Virus record (IMG/VR): IMGVR_UViG_3300032607_001050
Strand: one strand, 5' to 3'
DNA from: an uncultured virus (IMG/VR IMGVR_UViG_3300032607_001050)
Taxonomy: Duplodnaviria; Heunggongvirae; Uroviricota; Caudoviricetes
Length of the DNA: 20,000 bases
A program made the position numbers and the translations under genes. The stretch's first letter is position 1, and every line of letters starts with the position of its first letter. This document shows, piece by piece, positions 7,401 to 14,876 of this stretch. The notes under the pieces are model-generated. The model had not been told where the DNA came from. It did no database searches and was given only the letters and a program-made list of their open reading frames with translations.

Positions 7401-10145
7401 GTGGTAGCCGGCGTGGGCGTAGTCACGGAAAATCTGCAGCATCTTGCCCTCTTGCGCGCCCGTGGCCTTCAGCACGTCGTACGCTGAGCGCGCCTCGATC
7501 TGGTAGTTGTCGTGGTCAGGGTACTCGGAGTCTTCGGCGAGCTGCGCCTTGACGTCGGCGATCTTCTTGGCGATTGCATCGCCCTTTCCACCGAACAGCT
7601 GCTGACCCAGCTTGAACAGCCTCGGGCGACTGGCTACGCCGTTGGCATCAGGCTCGCCGGTTTCGCCGAACGGCTCGCTCTTTTCGAGACCCTCTTGGCG
7701 TATCTTGGCCTCGCCGTGAAAGGCATACAGCTTTTCGCCGGTGCCCTTGGCGAGGTTTTTCTCGGCGGCGTTCTTCTCGAAGCGGGTGATGCCCTCGTTC
7801 TGGTCATCATCGGCGTTCGGATCTTCGCTCTCCTCGGTGACACTCTGACTACGATCATCGACTACAGAGCCGACCTGTTCGCGCTCGTCCTGGCCGTTGA
7901 GCATGGTCATCACTGCGTCGACGCCGTCCTTGCCGGAGTACTGGTCCAGCACCTTGCGCATGGCAGTCGACCGCTCGGTGCCGATGCCGTCGGCGTAGTC
8001 TTCCAGCTGTTTGAGTACCAGGGCGGCCTGCCTCGGCTCGTGCAGGTTGATGCCCTGATCGAGCAGCTTCTTGCGCTCGGCCACACCGAGCATCCCGACC
8101 ACCTGGTCGGCCAGCGCGGCGCGGTTGTCAGCGATGTACTTGCGCCCGCCCGGAGCTACCTGTTTCTCCAGCTCAGCGACCATGTGGTTGACAGCTTCGC
8201 CGGCGTTGGGGCCGAGGATCGAGCCGAGCTGCTGCAGCACCGCAGGGGCCTTGCTGCCGTAGATGTCGTGGAAGTCCGCCACCACACGGTTCATGCGAAC
8301 CACCCGTGCGGTGATGCCGGCATTGCCCATCACCTCAGCGCCGCCGGTGTCGGTGGAGTCGATCATCTCGGCGAGGTTGAACGCCAGCTGGCGGGCCAGC
8401 TTGCCTGCGCCCGGGCTGCGCAGCTTGCCGCGCTGGGCCATGTCGGCGGCGTAGCTGCCGGCCAGATCGGCACGCTGGTTGAACTCGACGGCCTTGTTGT
8501 ACGACGCGCCTTTGTCCAGCGCTTGGTCGGCAGCTTTCTGCCCGTCGACTCCGTAGTGGTTGTCGCGCCAGGCCATGAACGACTCTTCAGCTGGCTCGTT
8601 GCTCTGCATGTTCTTCTTGCTCATGCCGTCTTTGACGCCGCTGATCACAGCCTTGCCGAAGCCCAGCGCACCCTTGCCCGCAGTCACCGCGCCCTTGCCG
8701 ACGACGGTGCCGGCCGCGCCTAAGACTTTGCCAGCGACTTCGCCGATGCCGTTGATCTTCTCGCTGCGTTCGTTGCCGCGGCCGTAGGGCATGCGCTCCA
8801 TGATGAAGTTGGCCGCCTCCTCAAACACCGGCAGCTGGTCGCCGTCGTTCTCCTGCACCGCGACAATCTTGTCGAACATGGCGTTGGCTTCGGGGTCGTC
8901 CATGGCCTGCAGCTTGTCGATGATGAGCTTGTCGCGCTTGATGTCGTTCTGCACCATCCACTCGCCGGCCTTGATGTCGTCCAGACCTCCGGGCATGTTG
9001 GCCATCAAGATGTCTTGTTCTTCGTTCGGGGCTCGGGGCGCAGGCTTCATCAGGTCCTGCGCGCCCTCGGTCAGCTTGTCCATCAGGCTCTTGGAGTAGT
9101 CCGCGGCGCCCTGCGCCTTGAGGTCAACCACCTGGCCGCGCACGGTATCCTTGGCGCTGTCGATGTAGGGCTGGGCCGCTTTCGTGGCGCTGTCGATGTA
9201 GGGCTGGGCCGTCCTCTGGGCCAAGTCGATGACCTCGCCGGCTTTTTTACCCAGCGTCTCGGCGGTGTCGCCCACGCGGCGGTAACCGGCGTCGGCGTAA
9301 GCACCGGCAGCGGTGAATGGGACGGCACCGGCGAAACCACCGGCGAAGCTGTTGATGTTCTCGGAGAAGTCGCCGCTGGTGTTGCGGTTCGGGTTGAGCA
9401 GGCCCTGCGTGAACTGCGAGCCCATCGACTGGCCGGTCTCGGTCAAGCCCTCGCCTGCCAAGCCCAAGATGGTCTTCGTTCCCGGACCCATGGCGCTGAG
9501 ACCCTTGCGCAGGCCAGCACCCGTCAGCTGGCGGCCGACCATGCCCGGCAGTACGGTGTCCAGCGCACCAGCACCTGCGCCGTAGAGGTTGGCCGTGTTG
9601 CGCAGCTCGGTGGGCGACGTGCGCGCCATCAGTTCGGTGTCGCGGTAGGCCTCGTTGGCGAACTCGCCCGTCATCTGGCGCTGGTTCATCAGGAAAGGCA
9701 CGGCCAGTGACGCGGCCTGACCGACGGCGCCGATACCCTTGGCGATAGGGAAAGGGAGTGCGCCGACCGCGCGGCTGACACCACCGATGGCCGCGCTGGC
9801 TGCCAGTGGGTCGGTCATGGACGCCACGCCCTGCCCGATCTGGCCACCGGCCCAGCGCAGGCCGGAGCCGACACCGGTGATGTCCTCGACCTTGCCGACG
9901 GCGGGCGCATACATCTGCTGGCGCTGCCCGAGAGCGTCAACCTGTCCGCGCAGGCTGTCCGCCCGGGCGATGTCGCCAGCGGCGCGCACATTGAGCTCTT
10001 CGGCTGCCAGCGCGTTCATGTCGTTGCCGATACGGCCGGATGCAAAGCCGCGGCCGACGTCGGTCATTCCCGAGGCGTCGAGTGCCTCCAGGTCTTGCGG
10101 GGTGACTGAGGATTGGCGAAACAGGGGGTCGCGGAGGGTGGCCAT
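1485..10145 (-). CDS. Giant polyvalent internal virion (ejection-type) protein, 2886 aa, with putative SLOG-like, ADP-ribosyltransferase-like and zincin metallopeptidase domains
   Basis: 8.66-kb ORF with an AAGGA RBS, last gene of the virion module. Motifs: HDSP...FD...GKGEG...FGAGTYLS...YEVSVDIP...LLDWN...GILGHKY...NYVIYDD (ART-like, about aa 1662-2005); HEALH (aa 2079-2083) plus downstream EERLA (zincin). The C-terminus is helical. Confidence 0.85.
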   Translation of the reverse strand: MATLRDPLFRQSSVTPQDLEALDASGMTDVGRGFASGRIGNDMNALAAEELNVRAAGDIARADSLRGQVDALGQRQQMYAPAVGKVEDITGVGSGLRWAGGQIGQGVASMTDPLAASAAIGGVSRAVGALPFPIAKGIGAVGQAASLAVPFLMNQRQMTGEFANEAYRDTELMARTSPTELRNTANLYGAGAGALDTVLPGMVGRQLTGAGLRKGLSAMGPGTKTILGLAGEGLTETGQSMGSQFTQGLLNPNRNTSGDFSENINSFAGGFAGAVPFTAAGAYADAGYRRVGDTAETLGKKAGEVIDLAQRTAQPYIDSATKAAQPYIDSAKDTVRGQVVDLKAQGAADYSKSLMDKLTEGAQDLMKPAPRAPNEEQDILMANMPGGLDDIKAGEWMVQNDIKRDKLIIDKLQAMDDPEANAMFDKIVAVQENDGDQLPVFEEAANFIMERMPYGRGNERSEKINGIGEVAGKVLGAAGTVVGKGAVTAGKGALGFGKAVISGVKDGMSKKNMQSNEPAEESFMAWRDNHYGVDGQKAADQALDKGASYNKAVEFNQRADLAGSYAADMAQRGKLRSPGAGKLARQLAFNLAEMIDSTDTGGAEVMGNAGITARVVRMNRVVADFHDIYGSKAPAVLQQLGSILGPNAGEAVNHMVAELEKQVAPGGRKYIADNRAALADQVVGMLGVAERKKLLDQGINLHEPRQAALVLKQLEDYADGIGTERSTAMRKVLDQYSGKDGVDAVMTMLNGQDEREQVGSVVDDRSQSVTEESEDPNADDDQNEGITRFEKNAAEKNLAKGTGEKLYAFHGEAKIRQEGLEKSEPFGETGEPDANGVASRPRLFKLGQQLFGGKGDAIAKKIADVKAQLAEDSEYPDHDNYQIEARSAYDVLKATGAQEGKMLQIFRDYAHAGYHDSALSPEEKRAAARISGLAGKMIVDLIEMQDNKGKTRQGQSYRTTPAERKEVRETAEKFFKNRYVVVGEKLSESVPEKITFTELRTMSLAGRDALDWARKNALVNGVVDERMEDELTSAANVIVFAGKPDKDGKPGPDVAIPAGKLVMWAKQQQGKMEKPGKEESFSDAQKNTSYRKAVASAVAAIMDSGLVAAPTKGMSDEQKRALWPYKLNEGGEAESFADGVPPSLRLAKGLQAEGERLTAERRAKKQAKFGQGDLQKFQGADQEKVGADQERGEDPFVADPLEERQPGGQGLELRSKETQSARLPADADGVVSDEFDAEISRIAKAPYVSKDGRQLENTRSTDSAGNRLTADRSGQTSARAKTGDDDATELDFFPPRKDGEMAGDFDDQQYLTEQMGQGFTPPKTKMAAMSAAKRTAEKITKLMMDDPRMGRDLIMSHLRMAMNEGRYNPSGLVDDAYQIAPIINLIAPGNVARFIKQGAAPNMVDGMKRAALTVLIRAANGENEISSSHLDKLTAQLGVPNDLKKMQALLIERGPVDIDKLNAYVSPKNSNPVKTQTRVGVATKPASAPIAAKAEPVAKEVAAGLGKPLGGVDLGGTTQFAPKDQAKSDRANKFIGRGSAASSTALYAKKWGSRANTGVYAADDSVFISAEGKRGGRIDPDFAEIKRATDAGATLITDVPLARNGRDHNVGERQVAEFLTVNGYAESKPGVWTPGKVSLADSGGRKLNAMANQIHASLGRSGFAATHDSPIKHEGKFDWRKHQGKGEGNAAFGAGTYLSTAEGVHKSYKRDFTAQVGGGENTVEIDGEDVATPWNKSAKYKKLSLAERSVLTQMYRDRSLLGETLRQAVLKDAITDADSAFENMVYDKSESMTQAFDYLEDEDFAPGEADAIRANAEALMVAAGMDNRAYDKNGNYFDTRSRVDKEALFKVFTDPGDRSVIEGYLNVESTIDEVKGLDLTRFSHKEKSLSPTYEVSVDIPAEQLLDWNAPFEQQSDLVQKATSKLLSSPDAKIRDAADLFVNGMGKIRQDAGLFYNRLTFDLGSQAKVSDYLQSLGILGHKYAAEGGRNDAEPNYVIYDDAKISTNYVHFNQQSPGNARVATQAEMDEAVAYADKLFGKGGVTVLFKDITGHSGEFIEATNTIILSTTAAAGTMNTLYHEALHKFFAQYVRSNPKLQVVFENLINDPKHLKKLHDLLAGYPAAQAQLTSGEERLAYTYQFWKAGLLTVDATANTWLQKIGKFFRAVLGKVRDSERALAIFQAFDNGKMSTPSAAGQVIAKAMDAGGNAMKVRRKLDGLIQGVAALTFPAGEILGRSASPAARKLSTMFYTNPGDEAHGTEGEGLLNAQRRVSMKYNNVAQSTFKDMAEGDQLSVQKYLQQGTTLAAIPLTEHREAVKTIRVLLERFHEHMTDSGLNIGKIDNYYPTVWSAGALLAKKPEFIAMLVTKYPQHLDTKFAGKNQKDPAAAAERIWQSLVDKEGVDAHLPAGRSDGVLAPFFASQEGRTLPWLEGVDKEAFLDKNLVNTLTRYFHQGARASEYHRRFGENGTLLDSMLKRVDKEIDTASREKLRSGEIKGEKQRIEWSARQMRDISQSTGAMEGTLGKDMSPNMRSFNSWMAVYQNIRLLPMSLFSSFVDPLGIMARGAPLQAAYESFVYGMREVFRTWGDAFRDMPPQRAADEWQQLAEHIGATEIAMFSHHASDQYASVYMTPGAKKLNDKMFKFNGMEAWNRGMRVQATKWAVRFVEKHAGLPDKTHSARWLKEIGLDPSMITLDGEGKLVTNRHQLAKLKGITLEQATAQMELIHRGLGRWVEGAVLTPSAGQRPAWMSDPNFTMFGHLKQFSYSFHQTILKRAVSEFKHGNMAPVGALAMFIPTMITADLMKGLVQGGGSLPPYMASMNAGDWLMHGYQRAGLAGVGVIGVDAMHDPSSLGGPAIEQIVDGLRDEGGKTLINALPLHALYAQALK
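9152..9211. repeat. 27-bp direct repeat with a 33-bp period encoding AQPYIDSA x2
   Basis: TGGCGCTGTCGATGTAGGGCTGGGCCG at 9152-9178 and 9185-9211. Confidence 0.9.
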
Positions 10146-10153
10146 GAATGTCC

Positions 10154-12256
10154 TTAGTTACTAGGGCGCAGGCGGGCGCCGTTGTTTTTCATCATTTCGA
10201 GTTCGTTCTGGCCGACGTTTGCACGCGGGATGTACTGGGTGCGCCCGTCTTTGGTCACGGCGTAGTCACCGCGGCCGATCTTGGGGCGGACAAGCCCCTC
10301 GAAGAAACCGACCTCACTGACGTCCGCCCCGTCGAAGTCCGGCAGGGTGGACGACTCAGGACTGTCTTTGCCCAGGCCGACGTAGTTCAGGTATCCGGGG
10401 TCGCGCAGCCTGTTGGCGCCATCAGTGACCTTGTAGGCCGAGAGCACCTTCTGCCACACAGAGTTTTGACCGGCCTCGTCCATCTGGTCGAAGCCGGGGG
10501 CGATGGAATTCGTCAGAGCGCGGACCTGTTGCAGACGCGCTGGGTCTATCTTGTCGTCGACGATGGCCAGGGACTCGAGGCGGCGGGTAGCGTTCTCGCT
10601 GGACTTAAAGCCACGCGCCTGTTCGGCGGTTTTCTCGGCGTTAGCGGCGTCGCTGCGCCCGGCTTCGAAGGTGCGGTCGGCAATGAACCGGTCTTGCTGG
10701 GTCTTCATCGCGGAAGCTCGGGCGGTGCGGTCGGCGACTTCGTTTGTGCGCTCGGCGGTGAGCAGGTCAGTGGCATTTTTCTGAGTTGCTGCAAACTCGC
10801 GCTGCAGCGTGTCGCGCCGGTCCATCAGCATCTTCCTCTCATTGAGGCTGGCCGTGCCGGCAATCTGCCGGTCGATGCCGCTGGTGTCCAACGTGCGGCC
10901 GGCAAGCTCCCGGCGCTCGACCTTCTCCTGGCGATCCTGCTCGGTCTGTGCGTAGCCGGCCTGCAGGTTTCGCTCGGCACCATCGCGCAGTGAGCGCTCT
11001 CTGTAAGCCGCGCTCTGTGTGTACGGCGTTGAGTTGCCGGGCGCGGCGGGCGCGGCGGCATTTGCGGCAGATGGGTTACCGCGCAGGTTGGAGAAGTCGC
11101 GCACGCCGTCGGTAGTGAGCTGGGTGATGCTGCCGAAGCCCTTGCTGGCGGAGAACTTGTTAAAGACGGCGTCGTCGTCGGTGTATGGGTCGCGCAGCGC
11201 AGCTGGTTTTGCAGAGGCTGCGACAGCTTGTGCGTCACCCGGTGCCAAAGCGTCCGGCCGCCGCCCTGTACCGGCGGCCATGCCGCCAGCCACTGCGGTA
11301 GCGGTGTTGGCCATGCGGGACGCGCCGCTGCCTGCGCGCAACAGACCGCCGACAGCGCCTGTGAGCGGGCCTGTTGCATTGAGTGCGTTACCGACATTAC
11401 GACCCACCTCAGTGTCAGTAAAGGCGTTATAGGGCAGCGCCGCTGGTGCGGGGGCATAACCGTCGGTCGGGATGGCGTTGACGTTGGCGCGGTTCTCGAC
11501 GCTAGTGCCTGGCGGGCCGCCATTGCCGACCTTGGACAGTACGTCGGCCGCTGCGTAACCGGCTGCGCCAGCGAAGCCGTTCTTCACCAGGTCTTTGACC
11601 ATGGGCATGGCGGATTGGCGCAGGGAGGTGGCGGCCGCAGCTGGAGGAACAGACGGAGGAACAGACGGAGTGCCCACGCCCGTCTGGAACGGCCCAGTGC
11701 GCCCGGCTTGGTAGACGCGCGCTTCAGCGGAGCCGCCGGGGCCGACATTTGGGTTGCCGCCGCGCATACGGGCGTCTGTCGCACCGGACGTGTCGAAGCG
11801 CCCAGCTGCTGGGCCTTCGCCCAGCACGTCGCCAGCACCCGGCATAGTGAAGCCCGAGCGCGTCGCCACCGCGTTGGCGGGCGTGCCACCAATACGCACG
11901 CGGTCAGGAAACTCTGGCACATCGCTGGGCATGGTGAAGCCCGAGCGCGTGGCCAACGCTCCACCGTCCGCCATGCGCAGAGTCTTGCCCCGCTGCTCAG
12001 CCACCGGCGTGTGCGTGGCGTCCTTGATGGCGTCGAGCTTGTCGTAGCCGATCATTTCGGCGGTGTCTGCCGGCAGCACGTACTCGCCGTTGGCGTACTC
12101 AGCCTTGACGGTATCCACCGTGCCGTCGCCAGCGCCTTCGACGCGGCCGCCGCGCAGGCTGCCCTTTTGGTAGACGCCGTCGGCCCAGCGCTTCATGCCG
12201 CCGTCGGCCATGCGCAGGGTCATCTTTTTCTCGGGGTAGCTGCGCATGGAGTTCAT
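10154..12256 (-). CDS. Putative internal virion / DNA-ejection protein (700 aa) with MADGG motifs
   Basis: Long Ala/Gly-rich ORF. TLRMADGG occurs twice. GGRVEGAGDGTVDTV...GEYVLP resembles a motif seen in tape-measure and internal virion proteins. Its stop codon is embedded in the RBS of the giant gene (TAAGGACA). Confidence 0.7.
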   Translation of the reverse strand: MNSMRSYPEKKMTLRMADGGMKRWADGVYQKGSLRGGRVEGAGDGTVDTVKAEYANGEYVLPADTAEMIGYDKLDAIKDATHTPVAEQRGKTLRMADGGALATRSGFTMPSDVPEFPDRVRIGGTPANAVATRSGFTMPGAGDVLGEGPAAGRFDTSGATDARMRGGNPNVGPGGSAEARVYQAGRTGPFQTGVGTPSVPPSVPPAAAATSLRQSAMPMVKDLVKNGFAGAAGYAAADVLSKVGNGGPPGTSVENRANVNAIPTDGYAPAPAALPYNAFTDTEVGRNVGNALNATGPLTGAVGGLLRAGSGASRMANTATAVAGGMAAGTGRRPDALAPGDAQAVAASAKPAALRDPYTDDDAVFNKFSASKGFGSITQLTTDGVRDFSNLRGNPSAANAAAPAAPGNSTPYTQSAAYRERSLRDGAERNLQAGYAQTEQDRQEKVERRELAGRTLDTSGIDRQIAGTASLNERKMLMDRRDTLQREFAATQKNATDLLTAERTNEVADRTARASAMKTQQDRFIADRTFEAGRSDAANAEKTAEQARGFKSSENATRRLESLAIVDDKIDPARLQQVRALTNSIAPGFDQMDEAGQNSVWQKVLSAYKVTDGANRLRDPGYLNYVGLGKDSPESSTLPDFDGADVSEVGFFEGLVRPKIGRGDYAVTKDGRTQYIPRANVGQNELEMMKNNGARLRPSN

Positions 12257-12271
12257 GACGATCTTTCTTAA

Positions 12272-12296
12272 TCTAAGTTAGATTTTAGACTGTAAG
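12272..12296 (-). promoter_or_regulatory. Conserved promoter/operator motif, copy 1 (CTTACAGTCTAAAATCTAACTTAGA)
   Basis: -10-like TACAGT, 6 nt, then the palindrome TCTAA-C-TTAGA (extends to AATCTAA-N-TTAGATT, 12270-12284); 19/25 identical to copy 2. Confidence 0.65.
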
Positions 12297-12299
12297 TGC

Positions 12300-13955
12300 T
12301 CATACTGAGCCGGAGTAGTTTGTATTGGTCCCGACCGAGTCAGAACTGGCGACGCTGCTCGACCAGCCGTAGTTGTAGCTGTTGGTCTCGCCGCGCGACA
12401 CCGACTCTGATGCGCCGCGGCTTTCTGACACGCTGCCTGACAGATTGATGGCCGAGAGTGCCGAGGCGGCCATCTGGGCCGACACCTGGGAGCCTGCCTT
12501 GGCCGAATCGACCAGCAGGGCCATCTTCTGGGTCAGGTTGGCGATGTTGGCTTTGGCCCCTTCGATGCGGACATCGGCAGCGGCCCTTAAGTACGTAACC
12601 TCAGAGCGGTAGGCCTCGGTCTCGGCTGCCATGCGCCCGGTCTGGCCCTGCACTTGAGCGTTATAAGACTGCACGTCCTTGCCGTAGACATCGGCCAGCG
12701 TGCCGTACTGCGAGCCCTTGGCGCGGAAGTACTCGCCGTAAGCGTCAACTTGGGCGGCATAGGTCTCGACGCGGTTTTTGTTGGTGGCGGCCACTACGTT
12801 GGTGGCGTCGACCTTGGCCTTGTACAGATCGACGATCTTGCCGGCAGCCTGAATCTGGGCGCTGTAGACCTGGACCGCCTGTTCGTTGATGGTGCCGGTA
12901 AGGCGCTGGCCTTCGATGTCGGCCTTGTACTGATCGAGCTTGCTCAGTTCGGCCTGCATTGCGCCCTTCCACTGGTCGATCTTTGCGGCGTAGGCCTGCA
13001 CATCGGCACTGTAGCGCGTCACCTCGCTCTGGTAGATGTCGATTGCCACTTGCTGTGCGTAACGCGCCGCATCGAATCCGCGCTGGGCAACCTGGCTGGC
13101 GTAGGCGATGAGGCCGGACTCGAGCTTGATGGCGTTGTCCATGGCGAACTGGCGATTGCCCTGCTCCATCTTGGCTTGCTCAATCGCCACCTCGCGCGAC
13201 AAGGTGCTGCTGGCGTCTTGTGCAGACTGCGCTGCTCGCGCCAGCTCGACTGCCAGCATGCCCGGCGGCTTGGAGAAGCCCCGTGCAGCGAAGCTCCGCA
13301 GCGCCTGCTGGCTTTTTTGCGCAGCGTTGAGGGCCTCGCGCGCACGACCCCGGTCCCATAGCGCCTGCTCGACCGCTGGCTCAAGGCCTGTGGCGGCACC
13401 ATCGACCCAGGCTTGCAGCCGGGTGCGCAAGCTGGTCAACAGGGTCGATGTGTAGGTGGTCTCAAGAAACTCAAAGGTATCGCTGGCAACCGTAGGTCCG
13501 CCGGGCAGCACCGCACCGAAGACGGGCAAGTTGAGCAAGACGGTCAACGGTACGGTGATGGTCTTTAGCGTCGGCACGCTAGGCAACACCACATCGGTCG
13601 GCGCCACCGGTAACGCGATGGTGTCGAGTGTGGGCGAGGACGGCGCTGTCACAGTGAAGTCTGTGGTGATGGCGGTGGTGAACGCGGCGGGTCGGGTCGG
13701 CACAGTAGGCGCTGCATAAACGCCGATAGTCTTGGTGGTTGCGGCCAGCACCTCGGCCAGCACCGGGATGGTGGACACCGTGTTGGCCGTGGTCGCCAAG
13801 GACGTCAGAAAAGTATTTGCCGAGGTGACCGCGCTTGAGGCATATGTCTGCGCGGTGGTCCAGCCGGTGGAGACGAGGTTGCCCGCGTTGATGTTGCTGA
13901 GGGCGATCGACCCGACGGTGGCCTTTTGAGCTATCTGGGGAGTAACTGCGGGCAT
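12300..13955 (-). CDS. Virion structural protein with a long coiled coil (551 aa)
   Basis: TAAGGACA RBS. Thr/Pro-rich N-terminal part, periodic Y..Q/xV..Y coiled-coil middle and Ser-rich tail, located within the virion module. Confidence 0.7.
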   Translation of the reverse strand: MPAVTPQIAQKATVGSIALSNINAGNLVSTGWTTAQTYASSAVTSANTFLTSLATTANTVSTIPVLAEVLAATTKTIGVYAAPTVPTRPAAFTTAITTDFTVTAPSSPTLDTIALPVAPTDVVLPSVPTLKTITVPLTVLLNLPVFGAVLPGGPTVASDTFEFLETTYTSTLLTSLRTRLQAWVDGAATGLEPAVEQALWDRGRAREALNAAQKSQQALRSFAARGFSKPPGMLAVELARAAQSAQDASSTLSREVAIEQAKMEQGNRQFAMDNAIKLESGLIAYASQVAQRGFDAARYAQQVAIDIYQSEVTRYSADVQAYAAKIDQWKGAMQAELSKLDQYKADIEGQRLTGTINEQAVQVYSAQIQAAGKIVDLYKAKVDATNVVAATNKNRVETYAAQVDAYGEYFRAKGSQYGTLADVYGKDVQSYNAQVQGQTGRMAAETEAYRSEVTYLRAAADVRIEGAKANIANLTQKMALLVDSAKAGSQVSAQMAASALSAINLSGSVSESRGASESVSRGETNSYNYGWSSSVASSDSVGTNTNYSGSV

Positions 13956-13967
13956 GGTGGGCTGTCC

Positions 13968-14876
13968 TTATGCGGAGTATGTCAAGTAGGTGGTGATGTC
14001 TGGCTGCGGGATGCTAGGGCGCGCGAGACTCACCGTCGTAATGGGCGCAGGGATTGGGCCCGCGACCGCCGCGACTCCCCTGGCGTCGTGCCGGAACAAT
14101 CTGTCGGTCGAGCTGGTGTCGGTGGTGTAGTGGCCGTTCGTGGTGTTGCTGCCCATGCCGTCCGAGCCGCCTAGGCTGGTGACCCTGGAATCCGCCGCGG
14201 TGGACGTAACCCCTAGTGGCGTCAGAGAGTAGGCGCCATAGTCCCACTGCCAGGCCCGGGCGTAGAGGGAGTAGAACGCTACGCCGCCGCCGAACGGGTC
14301 TTGTACGGGGTAGGAATACTTCATTTCTCCCCCGAACCGCTGCCCGTCGGCAGACATGGTATTGACGATGAAGCCAAACCCCGCACCCTCCCAGTCCAGA
14401 TAGCGCTTGCCCGTCACGCTGCTGTTGACCCACGCGCGGTAGTGGGAGAGGTACGTCATCCGGCCGTTGACGAGGCCGACTGCTTTTTCCCTGTCGTAAT
14501 CGTTTCCGATCGTTATCACCTCGTTTGCCTGCGCCAGGGGCGGCTGCGGGCGAGTGATCGCCAGAGAGATTGCCCCTGTCCTGCGCACCTCGTCCTTGAA
14601 TGTTGCCTTGATGAAGTTGGCGACGCGGACGGCATCGTCATCGTGCGTGTCGGCTTCTGTGACAACGACACTAGCGAGAGGAACGTGTATGGCGACGTAA
14701 TCCTGGCCGAACATACTCGCCACGGTGAGCTCTACGCCGCCGGCCATCGTGAGGTTGCGCATCATCTGCTGCAGCCCGCCCAGCGCCATATGGGTCTTCA
14801 TCTCGGCCAGCCGGGACTGCGCCAGTCCGAGGTATGTAGCGGCGGCGTCGCGGTCGCCTGAGAGTTCCTTACGCAT
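13968..14876 (-). CDS. Putative virion/tail protein (302 aa; likely start ATG 14876, MRKELSGD...)
   Basis: The ATG overlaps the end of the upstream gene (ATGCGTAA), suggesting translational coupling. The ORF-track start at 15008 would overlap the upstream gene by 140 nt. Confidence 0.65.
   Translation of the reverse strand: MRKELSGDRDAAATYLGLAQSRLAEMKTHMALGGLQQMMRNLTMAGGVELTVASMFGQDYVAIHVPLASVVVTEADTHDDDAVRVANFIKATFKDEVRRTGAISLAITRPQPPLAQANEVITIGNDYDREKAVGLVNGRMTYLSHYRAWVNSSVTGKRYLDWEGAGFGFIVNTMSADGQRFGGEMKYSYPVQDPFGGGVAFYSLYARAWQWDYGAYSLTPLGVTSTAADSRVTSLGGSDGMGSNTTNGHYTTDTSSTDRLFRHDARGVAAVAGPIPAPITTVSLARPSIPQPDITTYLTYSA

Noticed and set aside
1512..9710. Long plus-strand ORFs (1512-3449, 4494-6038, 7512-8723, 9015-9710 and others)
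   Set aside because: They are antisense shadows of the GC3-rich giant gene, with no recognisable motifs and a composition skewed to V/L/A/H/R/G.
1485..10145. N4-like virion RNA polymerase or DarB-like methylase/helicase identity for the giant protein
   Set aside because: I could not recognise polymerase catalytic motifs, a Walker A/DExx helicase motif or an NPPY/F methylase motif. A structure search is needed to exclude divergent versions.
10148..13361. Plus-strand ORFs 10148-10993, 11228-12271 and 12654-13361
   Set aside because: They lie antisense to well-supported virion genes and have shadow-ORF composition.
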